A stretch of 64,000 nt of DNA, from NCBI GenBank assembly GCA_964016885.1, contig OZ024743.1:177010001-177074000 (forward strand), written 5' to 3'. The notes beneath the pieces were generated by a model. That model was given only the letters and a program-made list of their open reading frames with translations. It did not search any database and was not told the origin of the DNA. Both the position numbers and the translations under genes were made by a program. This document shows positions 52,214 through 63,088 of this stretch, in pieces. The stretch comes from Eledone cirrhosa. Taxonomy: Eukaryota. The stretch's first letter is position 1. The number at the start of each line of letters is the position of its first letter.

Positions 52214-52558
52214 GGCACATGGCTTAGTGGTTAGAGCATTGGCCTTGCAATTGAAAGGTTGTGAGTTCAATTCTCAGACCGGGTGATGTGTTGTTTCCTT
52301 GAGCAAGACACTTTATTTCACATTGCTCCAGTTTACTCAGCTGTAGAAATGAGATGATAGGGACTGGGGTCCCTATCATTCCACTATAAAGTGGTCGTGG
52401 AGGTGCCACGGCAAAAAAAGCACCCAGCACTCACTGTAAATGAGGTTGGTGTTAGGAAGGGCATCCAGCTGTAGAAATCAAGCCAGAATCAGTTCCCGTC
52501 CCACCCTTGCAAGCAGGGAAAAAGCGGACGTAAAATGAAATGATGAAATCATGATGAT
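52214..52558 (+). mobile_element. Full-length tRNA-derived SINE (family A) with an RTE-like 3' tail
   Basis: A box TGGCTTAGTGG, B box GAGTTCAATTC, central TCCTTGAGCAAGACACTT, and tail GTTGGTGTTAGGAAGGGCATCCAGCTGTAGAAA...GGACGTAAAA(TGA)n shared with the RTE 3' UTRs. Confidence 0.9.
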
Positions 52559-52572
52559 ATATATATATATAT

Positions 52573-54460
52573 ATATATTTAGAAACACACAGATACACGC
52601 GGACACACACATATATACATGAGTGCATCCGCACCCAACTGTGAGTTAAGGGTGCCAACTTCACCGATGTTGCTCAATGAATGACTGGGACAGACCAATT
52701 CAGTTTGAACCAGACTGAACCAGTATCAGAGTTAAAAATACATTATGAAGAGAGAAGAAACATTTAGATATAATTAGTAATAAAATGTATCATACCTAAA
52801 CTGTTCCTAAATTCCTCGACTACGTAGTTTCGTGGCATAAACAAAAACAATATATCAAAGATATAGAGTCCTTGCGAGGTCTGCCAACTTATCAAGAGGA
52901 TACCTCATTTTACTAGTCTCAAGAACGCGTCTACACGGCGTGAGAAAGAATCCCAAAAGGCGGAGGGGGAGATAGTCACGCGATATAACGGTCGAGAAAC
53001 AGAGCTAAGCCTCTTATAACCACGAAGAAAATACCACGGAGGCGGAGGGGGTATTCATATCGAGGCCGCAGAAGAGGTAGTGAAGAAGGCGAGAAGTATG
53101 AGTAATGGAAGCTTTCCAGTTGTCCCCACACTTCAAAGATTGCTCGACCAGAGGGAGTTATTAATATATTTAGAAACACAGATACACGCGGACACACACA
53201 TATATACATGAGTGCATCCGCACCCAACTGTGAGTTAAGGGTGCCAACTTCACCGATGTTGCTCAATGAATGACTGGGACAGACCAATTCAGTTTGAACC
53301 AGACTGAACCAGTATCAGAGTTAAAAATACATTATGAAGAGAGAAGAAACATTTAGATATAATTAGTAATAAAATGTATCATACCTAAACTGTTCCTAAA
53401 TTCCTCGACTACGTAGTTTCGTGGCATAAACAAAAACAATATATCAAAGATATAGAGTCCTTGCGAGGTCTGCCAACTTATCAAGAGGATACCTCATTTT
53501 ACTAGTCTCAAGAACGCGTCTACACGGCGTGAGAAAGAATCCCAAAAGGCGGAGGGGGAGATAGTCACGCGATATAACGGTCGAGAAACAGAGCTAAGCC
53601 TCTTATAACCACGAAGAAAATACCACGGAGGCGGAGGGGGTATTCATATCGAGGCCGCAGAAGAGGTAGTGAAGAAGGCGAGAAGTATGAGTAATGGAAG
53701 CTTTCCAGTTGTCCCCACACTTCAAAGATTGCTCGACCAGAGGGAGTTATTAATATATTTAGAAACACACAGATACACGCGGACACACACATATATACAT
53801 GAGTGCATCCGCACCCAACTGTGAGTTAAGGGTGCCAACTTCACCGATGTTGCTCAATGAATGACTGGGACAGACCAATTCAGTTTGAACCAGACTGAAC
53901 CAGTATCAGAGTTAAAAATACATTATGAAGAGAGAAGAAACATTTAGATATAATTAGTAATAAAATGTATCATACCTAAACTGTTCCTAAATTCCTCGAC
54001 TACGTAGTTTCGTGGCATAAACAAAAACAATATATCAAAGATATAGAGTCCTTGCGAGGTCTGCCAACTTATCAAGAGGATACCTCATTTTACTAGTCTC
54101 AAGAACGCGTCTACACGGCGTGAGAAAGAATCCCAAAAGGCGGAGGGGGAGATAGTCACGCGATATAACGGTCGAGAAACAGAGCTAAGCCTCTTATAAC
54201 CACGAAGAAAATACCACGGAGGCGGAGGGGGTATTCATATCGAGACCGCAGAAGAGGTAGTGAAGAAGGCGAGAAGTATGAGTAATGGAAGCTTTCCAGT
54301 TGTCCCCACACTTCAAAGATTGCTCGACCAGAGGGAGTTATTAATATATTTAGAAACACACAGATACACGCGGACACACACATATATACATGAGTGCATC
54401 CGCACCCAACTGTGAGTTAAGGGTGCCAACTTCACCGATGTTGCTCAATGAATGACTGGG
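52573..54460 (-). repeat. Retrozyme-like 591-bp tandem array, left block (~3.2 units; hammerheads at 52813-52900, 53402-53489, 53993-54080)
   Basis: Period 589/591. Reverse complement of the right block. Confidence 0.95.
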
Positions 54461-57120
54461 TATTTTCTTCGTGGTTATAAGAGGCTTAGCTCTGTTTCTC
54501 GACCGTTATATCGCGTGACTATCTCCCCCTCCGCCTTTTGGGATTCTTTCTCACGCCGTGTAGACGCGTTCTTGAGACTAGTAAAATGAGGTATCCTCTT
54601 GATAAGTTGGCAGACCTCGCAAGGACTCTATATCTTTGATATATTGTTTTTGTTTATGCCACGAAACTACGTAGTCGAGGAATTTAGGAACAGTTTAGGT
54701 ATGATACATTTTATTACTAATTATATCTAAATGTTTCTTCTCTCTTCATAATGTATTTTTAACTCTGATACTGGTTCAGTCTGGTTCAAACTGAATTGGT
54801 CTGTCCCAGTCATTCATTGAGCAACATCGGTGAAGTTGGCACCCTTAACTCACAGTTGGGTGCGGATGCACTCATATATATATGTGTGTGTCCGCGTGTA
54901 TCTGTGTGTTTCTAAATATATTAATAACTCCCTCTGGTCGAGCAATCTTTGAAGTGTGGGGACAACTGGAAAGCTTCCATTACTCATACTTCTCGCCTTC
55001 TTCACTACCTCTTCTGCGGCCTCGATATGAATACCCCTTCCGCCTCCGTGGTATTTTCTTCGTGGTTATAAGAGGCTTAGCTCTGTTTCTCGACCGTTAT
55101 ATCGCGTGACTATCTCCCCCTCCGCCTTTTGGGATTCTTTCTCACGCCGTGTAGACGCGTTCTTGAGACTAGTAAAATGAGGTATCCTCTTGATAAGTTG
55201 GCAGACCTCGCAAGGACTCTATATCTTTGATATATTGTTTTTGTTTATGCCACGAAACTACGTAGTCGAGGAATTTAGGAACAGTTTAGGTATGATACAT
55301 TTTATTACTAATTATATCTAAATGTTTCTTCTCTCTTCATAATGTATTTTTAACTCTGATACTGGTTCAGTCTGGTTCAAACTGAATTGGTCTGTCCCAG
55401 TCATTCATTGAGCAACATCGGTGAAGTTGGCACCCTTAACTCACAGTTGGGTGCGGATGCACTCATGTATATATGTGTGTGTCCGCGTGTATCTGTGTGT
55501 TTCTAAATATATTAATAACTCCCTCTGGTCGAGCAATCTTTGAAGTGTGGGGACAACTGGAAAGCTTCCATTACTCATACTTCTCGCCTTCTTCACTACC
55601 TCTTCTGCGGCCTCGATATGAATACCCCCTCCGCCTCCGTGGTATTTTCTTCGTGGTTATAAGAGGCTTAGCTCTGTTTCTCGACCGTTATATCGCGTGA
55701 CTATCTCCCCCTCCGCCTTTTGGGATTCTTTCTCACGCCGTGTAGACGCGTTCTTGAGACTAGTAAAATGAGGTATCCTCTTGATAAGTTGGCAGACCTC
55801 GCAAGGACTCTATATCTTTGATATATTGTTTTTGTTTATGCCACGAAACTACGTAGTCGAGGAATTTAGGAACAGTTTAGGTATGATACATTTTATTACT
55901 AATTATATCTAAATGTTTCTTCTCTCTTCATAATGTATTTTTAACTCTGATACTGGTTCAGTCTGGTTCAAACTGAATTGGTCTGTCCCAGTCATTCATT
56001 GAGCAACATCGGTGAAGTTGGCACCCTTAACTCACAGTTGGGTGCGGATGCACTCATGTATATATGTGTGTGTCCGCGTGTATCTGTGTGTTTCTAAATA
56101 TATTAATAACTCCCTCTGGTCGAGCAATCTTTGAAGTGTGGGGACAACTGGAAAGCTTCCATTACTCATACTTCTCGCCTTCTTCACTACCTCTTCTGCG
56201 GCCTCGATATGAATACCCCCTCCGCCTCCGTGGTATTTTCTTCGTGGTTATAAGAGGCTTAGCTCTGTTTCTCGACCGTTATATCGCGTGACTATCTCCC
56301 CCTCCGCCTTTTGGGATTCTTTCTCACGCCGTGTAGACGCGTTCTTGAGACTAGTAAAATGAGGTATCCTCTTGATAAGTTGGCAGACCTCGCAAGGACT
56401 CTATATCTTTGATATATTGTTTTTGTTTATGCCACGAAACTACGTAGTCGAGGAATTTAGGAACAGTTTAGGTATGATACATTTTATTACTAATTATATC
56501 TAAATGTTTCTTCTCTCTTCATAATGTATTTTTAACTCTGATACTGGTTCAGTCTGGTTCAAACTGAATTGGTCTGTCCCAGTCATTCATTGAGCAACAT
56601 CGGTGAAGTTGGCACCCTTAACTCACAGTTGGGTGCGGATGCACTCATGTATATATGTGTGTGTCCGCGTGTATCTGTGTGTTTCTAAATATATTAATAA
56701 CTCCCTCTGGTCGAGCAATCTTTGAAGTATGGGGACAACTGGAAAGCTTCCATTACTCATACTTCTCGCCTTCTTCACTACCTCTTCTGCGGCCTCGATA
56801 TGAATACCCCCTCCGCCTCCGTGGTATTTTCTTCGTGGTTATAAGAGGCTTAGCTCTGTTTCTCGACCGTTATATCGCGTGACTATCTCCCCCTCCGCCT
56901 TTTGGGATTCTTTCTCACGCCGTGTAGACGCGTTCTTGAGACTAGTAAAATGAGGTATCCTCTTGATAAGTTGGCAGACCTCGCAAGGACTCTATATCTT
57001 TGATATATTGTTTTTGTTTATGCCACGAAACTACGTAGTCGAGGAATTTAGGAACAGTTTAGGTATGATACATTTTATTACTAATTATATCTAAATGTCT
57101 CTTCTCTCTTCATAATGTAT
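54459..57120 (+). repeat. Retrozyme-like 591-bp tandem array, right block (~4.5 units; hammerheads at 54594, 55185, 55776, 56367, 56958)
   Basis: Exact 591-bp period with only a few substitutions between units. Confidence 0.95.
54594..54681 (+). ncRNA. Type I hammerhead ribozyme with a U3-A8 variant core (one of 8 identical copies); predicted cleavage after GUC at 54676
   Basis: TCCTC-TTGATAA-G-t-TGGCA...TGCCA-C-GAAA-CTACGTAG-TC-GAGGA. All three stems close and the C3-G8 pair is replaced by U3-A8. Confidence 0.88.
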
Positions 57121-57169
57121 ATATATATATATATAGATATACATGTGTGTGTGTATGTATATATATAAG

Positions 57170-57748
57170 ACTGAGCATAAGAGGAATCAAATGCTGTGTG
57201 TAGGTGAGGCGGTTGCTTTGGTATGGACATGTGATGCATATGAAGGATGACAGCTGCATAAAAAGGTGCAGAGCAGTAGAAGTCGATGGAAACCGCGGAG
57301 TGGGGAGACCCAAGAAGACCTGGGATGAGGTGATAAAAGCCGACCTTACCCAATTACACCTCTCAAAGGCGAAGACACACAACCGTGACCTCTGGCATCA
57401 CGCAGTAATACAGAAGACCCGACCCCTCCATGGGTACAAGCTGAGCATATAGACTATATGCCCCCACATCCCTCCCACTGCAAAGAAGCCGTGGAGGTGC
57501 CACAGCAAAAAAGCACCCAGCCTACACTGTAAAGTGGACATGTAGGCGCCATGGAAAAAAAGCACCCAGCACTCACTGTAAATGAGGTTGGTGTTAGGAA
57601 GGGCATCCAGCTGTAGATATCAAGCCAGAATCAGTTCCCGTATGAGCAAGACAAGTTCAGCCGACCGGACACTGCCCACAACAGGACAACCCGTCTAACC
57701 CATGCTAGCGTGGAAGAACGGACGTAAAACGGTGATGATGATGATGAT
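57170..57748 (+). mobile_element. 3' fragment of the second RTE subfamily
   Basis: WYGHVMHMKDDSCIKRCRAVEVDGNRGVGRPKKTWDEVIKADL and a (GAT)n tail. Confidence 0.87.
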
Positions 57749-57753
57749 ACACT

Positions 57754-58032
57754 ATGGTTACTAATCGCTCGACTCACTGAGCACACAACTCAAAATTGCA
57801 CACACTCAAGTCATAGCATAAACCTCGACTCACGAGAAGAGAATCTTACGTATGATAATACATCGAAATTCAACTAGAGAAGGTTCGACAATAGCTATTT
57901 AACACATGATAATCAACCCATGGTTACTTAATCGCTCGACTCACTGAGCACGCAACTCAAAATTGCACACACTCATGTCATAGCGTAAACCTTGACTCAC
58001 TGAAGAGAATCTTACATATGATGATACATCGA
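57754..58032. repeat. Diverged ~112-bp direct repeat, period ~166 bp
   Basis: ATGGTTACT(T)AATCGCTCGACTCACTGAGCAC...TACATCGA at ~57754 and ~57920. Confidence 0.85.
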
Positions 58033-58493
58033 GAGAAATAGTCCTCTGTGTTGTCATATCGTAATCCGATACCGTAACCCATCCATCCATACACATCAGT
58101 TCGAATACATGATCACAACTTTGTATTTTTACAGTTTCTTCTAAATGTTACACACACATGCATACAGTTATACGATATATACATTTTTTTTTTCTCTCTC
58201 CAAATTTCTCTACACTCGAAGTGCGGGCGCATTACCCACATTTTGTGTGTTTTGGGACACGCTCCTAGGAATCAGATTCTGCTACCCCTTTTATAATCGT
58301 TGCTCCTGCATAGATCTGGGTAGGGAACTAATGTAGCGAAATCTGTCCATGCCTTGAACCTTGGGTGGCACCTAAAGGTCAAATTCTAGGTCACCACCCT
58401 TTTGGTGTCAACAGGTTGATGCGTTGGCTATCCCCTCAAGGTGGGAGACATAGCGATAGGTATATAAAGCCTATATTTTCCCACCTTAGACAC

Positions 58494-58730
58494 AGACATC
58501 GGAGCGCTAGGATACACAACAAATTATGTAAAGATTAATCGCTAACTTCAGACTCCAGAGGTCTACAGAAACATCGGAGCATTACGCTAGCAACTAACTA
58601 TGTAAGGATTCACTGTTATCAACAGACCCCAGTGGTCTACTGAAATAGAGATATCAGAGCACCCCACTACAGAACTAGCTATGTGAAAGATTCACCACTA
58701 TCAACAGACTCCATGAGGTCTACAGATACA
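58494..58730. repeat. About three diverged 75-80-bp tandem units downstream of a TATA-like motif (possible LTR remnant)
   Basis: Repeated ATCGGAGC...TATGTAAAGATT...CAGACTCCA..GGTCTAC units. GTATATAAAG at ~58460. Confidence 0.55.
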
Positions 58731-59411
58731 CACAGAGAGACTGGAACCATACTACTACAGACCGTGTACAAGCCACAGTGGTCTACAACCAATTACAGAC
58801 CATTCAGAGGTATACAAACCATTACTCTCTCTCACTCACTATGGTCTCAACTATTACCACGGACTCCAACAACAACATAATCTGTTTGCTCGCTGTTTTC
58901 ACATCAACAACAATAACAACATTAACAACTCTTGGTAACTGTTTTATATGTACTTTTTAATTGATTCACGTGAAGTAAACCATATATAGACCAAATCATT
59001 TATTGTTTATATTCCTGTTATTACACCTATTCTTATTATTCATGTTATTTCCTCTAACAACTTTGTTATCATATCAACTAATAACCACATATAACCATTC
59101 TATATAAATTACTTATATCATACCCTTCATTAAATATGTATATACATGTGTATATATATATATATAGAGAGAAGCATTCCCTGTGCTCCGATGATTCCAG
59201 ACGTCCCTCTGGAGGAAGCAATTGTCGGCAAGTGAATGTATTAAACTGAGATTTGGTTGTTTTAATATTTTGTATCTCGGCTCTGTAATACAGTTGATAA
59301 TTTACATTGAGCCTTTTATCCTACTGGTAACCGGCTAGTACTTAGTACTACCCTCTATATTTATAATTGTATATTAAACATATATAAGTATAAATATTAT
59401 TATTATTACTA

Positions 59412-59600
59412 TGTGGATTGGCAGTATCGGTAGAGTGTCGGACGCCATGCTTTCTAGCATAGTTACGTCCCTTTACGATCTGAGTTCAAATCCCGCCGAG
59501 GTTGACTTTGCCTTTCATCCTTACGGGGTCGATAAAATAAAGTACCAGTAATGCACTGGGTAATTGCTGGCCTTGTGCCTAAAGTAGAAACAATTATTAC
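59412..59600 (+). mobile_element. tRNA-derived SINE (family B, CORE-like body)
   Basis: A box TGGCAGTATCGG, B box GAGTTCAAATC, body TTTGCCTTTCATCCTTACGGGGTCGATAAAATAAAGTACCAGT. Confidence 0.85.
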
Positions 59601-59606
59601 TATATA

Positions 59607-59648
<42 letters not shown>

Positions 59649-59700
59649 ATTATATATATATTATATATATAGTTATGTAATAAACAACATAAGATAATTA

Positions 59701-59773
59701 TTTCCTTTACCAAAGGTTTCACGAAGACAGACGAGCCTGACACAGACGTCTGAAATCGTTCGTCAGAATGAAA
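59701..59773 (-). ncRNA. Type I hammerhead, canonical core
   Basis: TTTCATT-CTGACGA-ACGA...CAGACG...CGTCTG...TCGT-GAAA-CC-TTT-GG-TA-AAGGAAA. Confidence 0.8.
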
Positions 59774-60019
59774 ATTTATTTAAAACGGATCTGAGATATG
59801 GATTTCGAAACAGAGTCTAGAACAATTGAAAGCGAGGCTGAAATAAAATAACGGACGTAATGTAAAGGGGAAAATAATAAATGTATATGTATATATATAA
59901 AAATATACACATACATATATAAGCACATACCCACACACTTAAACATACATACACATACACATATATACAAATACATATACACGTACACTTGGAATATGAC
60001 GTCACTTTCACACATACAA

Positions 60020-60850
60020 GGAATATGACGTCACTTTCAGCCTATATCTGGAGTCTAAAAGACAACCACACCCAATATAGGTTATAGTGGGAGATCCTAG
60101 CTAAAAAGCTAGATCGTATAACGGAAATAAATTACCATGCGATCTTTGCGCCGCTGAAGCCCTGGAAATACTCTATGCCAATGATCACATCTTAAACAAA
60201 AATTCTGAGGCAACTTCAGCTTGTAAACATAAATTGAATAAACCAAACGGAGAGTACAAACAATACACAGATAATTTACGTCTTGATGTGGTAGCTAAGT
60301 ATATTTTATGTTTATACCACTACTTATTTGTATAGGTATGTTTACCCATGTTTTGTGAAGGTACGTATACTTTCTCGTACGTACATATGCTTGTATTTGT
60401 TATAGGTGTATATATTATATATACTTGTATTATGTGTATTTTGTGTTTGCGTGTATGCGTGTTTGCACGTATGTAAGGTGTGTATATGTGTACATTGTAT
60501 TTTGGTTTACGTATGTTTGGTGAACACATGTAGGTATGTTTGTGCGCGCGTTATATACGTATTTATGTGTATATTTATATATGTCTATATAACTATATGT
60601 ATACACACACACATATATTTTTTTTATGTGTATTTGGTGTATACGTTCGTATGTGTGTGTGTGCATGTGTTTATGTGTACATGCATGTATATGCATGCAT
60701 CGCGGGTGTTTTTGCGTATGCACGTGTATGTATGTATATAGATGCGTATATACATTTATTACTATTACCTTTATGATTTTAATAACCTGTCATTTTTGTT
60801 CTACTAATTTATTTACATTATTCTTAACTCTGAAGCCGAGAATCATTCGG
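60020..60850 (+). mobile_element. Decayed PLE 3' fragment (GIY-YIG C-terminus and microsatellite-like 3' UTR)
   Basis: TSLSAYIWSLKDNHTQYRL*WEILAK...CDLCAAEALEILYANDHILNKNSEATSACKHK. Confidence 0.75.
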
Positions 60851-61239
60851 CTTCCTAAATAGAATATTTGTCTATGACTCCATTTATACCATTAACGTGG
60901 TTTTGTCTTTGCGTGTAATTGTTCTCTTCACTCCAAATAACATATCTTCGATTTTTTCCATTAATTGCCAGCGAACGTCTTCACGAACCAAAGTATTGTC
61001 TTCCTGTTTTCCTTCGGTTGCAACGTTTTTCGAAATATTTACTTCTGCGTTCACAGATTGATTTTTTTAGTTTCAGAAGATCCCGTTAAGGGTGAAAGCA
61101 GTGACTCTTTGCTTAAACTTTAATCTGTTATTTTAATAAATATTTGCTCTAGGGTTCTTATATATTTGATATATATTTATCCTTATCGAGCCCTCTTTCG
61201 ATTTTAGTCTTTACATTTATTATTATTACTATATGTATA

Positions 61240-61430
61240 TGGCGGTGGATTGGCAGTATCGGTAGAGGGTCGGACATGCTTTCCAGCATAGTTACGTCCC
61301 TTAACGATCTGAGTTCAAATCCCGCCGAGGTTAACTTTGCCTTCCATCCTTACGGGGTCGATAAAATAAAGTACCAGTAATGTACTGGATAATTGCTGGC
61401 CTTGTGCTAAAAGTAGAAACAATTATTACT
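61240..61430 (+). mobile_element. SINE family B, second copy
   Basis: Close match to 59412-59600. Confidence 0.85.
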
Positions 61431-61439
61431 ATATGTATA

Positions 61440-63088
61440 GAGAAGTTCCTAGCTAAAGGTAAACCCCTCTACTTAGCTTTTGTCGACTTGGAGAAAGCCT
61501 TCGACAGAGTCCCCCGCTCCATTATCTGGTGGGCTCTTAGAAAACTAGGCGTTGACGAATGGCTTGTGAGGGCTATACAAGCCATGTATAAAGAAACAGT
61601 CAGCAAGGTTAGAATTAACAACGAATATAGTGAAGAGTTTAGCGTAAAAGTTGGCGTCCATCAGGGCTCTGTTCTCAGCCCCCTACTATTTATTATTGCC
61701 CTTCAGGCTATAACAGAGGAGTTCAAGACAGGCTGCCCATGGGAACTCCTATACGCAGACGACCTGACACTCATAGCGGAATCAATGGCCGAGCTAGAGA
61801 AGAAATTCCAAACATGGAAGCACGGCCTAGAGTCAAAAGGACTTAAAATTAACCTGGCTAAGACCAAAGTTCTAGTTTGTAGGAAAGAAAACAAGGCGGC
61901 GGTCCCTTCTGGGAAATGGTCGTGCTCGGTGTGTAGGAAAGGCGTAGGTAGAAACTCCATTTTATGTCCTAAATGCAAAGTATGGGTGCATAAAAGATGT
62001 AGTGGGATCACAGGTAAGCTAACTAAGAACATAGATTTTACATGTGGCCGGTGTTCTGGTGCAATAAGTAGCAGCAAGTGCCCACAAAATACTAGTTCTT
62101 TCAATTGCGCAGAGGGTTCTATAGAAATAGTGGACAGCTTCCGTTACCTGGGCGATAAAATCAGCAGTGGGGGAGGGTGCTCTGAAAGTACTGTAGCTAG
62201 AGTCAGAACTGGTTGGAAAAAGTTCAGAGAGCTTATACCACTATTAGCTGCTAAAGGGTTCTCCCTAAAAATGAAAGGCAGGTTGTACGATGCCTGCATA
62301 CGAACAGCAATGTTGCATGGCAGTGAGACCTGGGCATTGTGTGCAGAGGATATACGCAGACTAGAGAGGAACGAAGCTTGCATGCTCCGCTGGATGTGTA
62401 ACAGTAATATACGTGAACGGCAAAGCATAAACGAACTAAGGAAAAAATTAGAGATAAGAGGGATCAGATGTTGTTTACTCGAGAGAAGGCTACGTTGGTA
62501 TGGACACGTGATGCGCATGAAAGTCGATAGCTGTATAACAAAGTGCAGGGCAATAAAGATAGACGGTAGTCACGGAATAGGCAGACCTAGAAAAACCTGG
62601 GACGAGCTGATAAACTCCGACATCACACACTTACACCTCTCCAAGACAATATCACTGGACCGAGACCTTTGGCGGTACTCAGTAACAGAGAAGACCCGCC
62701 TTACCTAAATATATAGTAAAACCTACTCCAGCCAGTAGGCATCTCTAACAAAATACACCCCGTCCCACCACCCCCACCCCATTCTATGTAAAGTTATGTT
62801 GGTGCCGTGCCATCCAGGCCGAAACAAATGAGATCGTGTAGGTGTCACGACAAAAAAACACACAGTCCACGCTGTAATGTGGCCGTGTAGGCAACACGGT
62901 AAAAACCTCCCAGCCCCACACTGTAAATGTGGTTGGTGTTAGGAAGGGCATCCAACTGTAGAAAACCTGCCAGACAGTCCTATGCGAGCAAGACAATCAC
63001 TCTTGCCTCAAGTGGGACTACCCCCGTCCAAACCCATGCAAGCGTGGAACACGGACGTTAAACGTTGATGATGATGATGATGATGATG
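61440..63088 (+). mobile_element. 5'-truncated RTE copy with an uninterrupted RT/PHD/C-terminal frame, nearly identical to 37132-38795
   Basis: EKFLAKGKPLYLAFVDLEKAFDRV...YADD...TEKTRLT* and a (GAT)n tail. The first ~20 aa of track ORF 61380 come from the SINE and flank. Confidence 0.96.

Noticed and set aside
52214-52290. tRNA genes at the A/B-box sites (also 59412, 61240, 44330)
   Set aside because: No complete cloverleaf or T-run terminator, and they continue into SINE bodies.
54882-56882. Repeated 75-aa ORF in each 591-bp unit as a tandem gene family
   Set aside because: Non-ATG start in a TG tract and no recognisable domain. Identity simply reflects the repeat. Translation from a circle cannot be fully excluded.
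61380-62708. 442-aa ORF as a standalone or domesticated RT gene
   Set aside because: The ATG lies in an upstream SINE fused by chance to a 5'-truncated RTE that lacks the first RT motifs.
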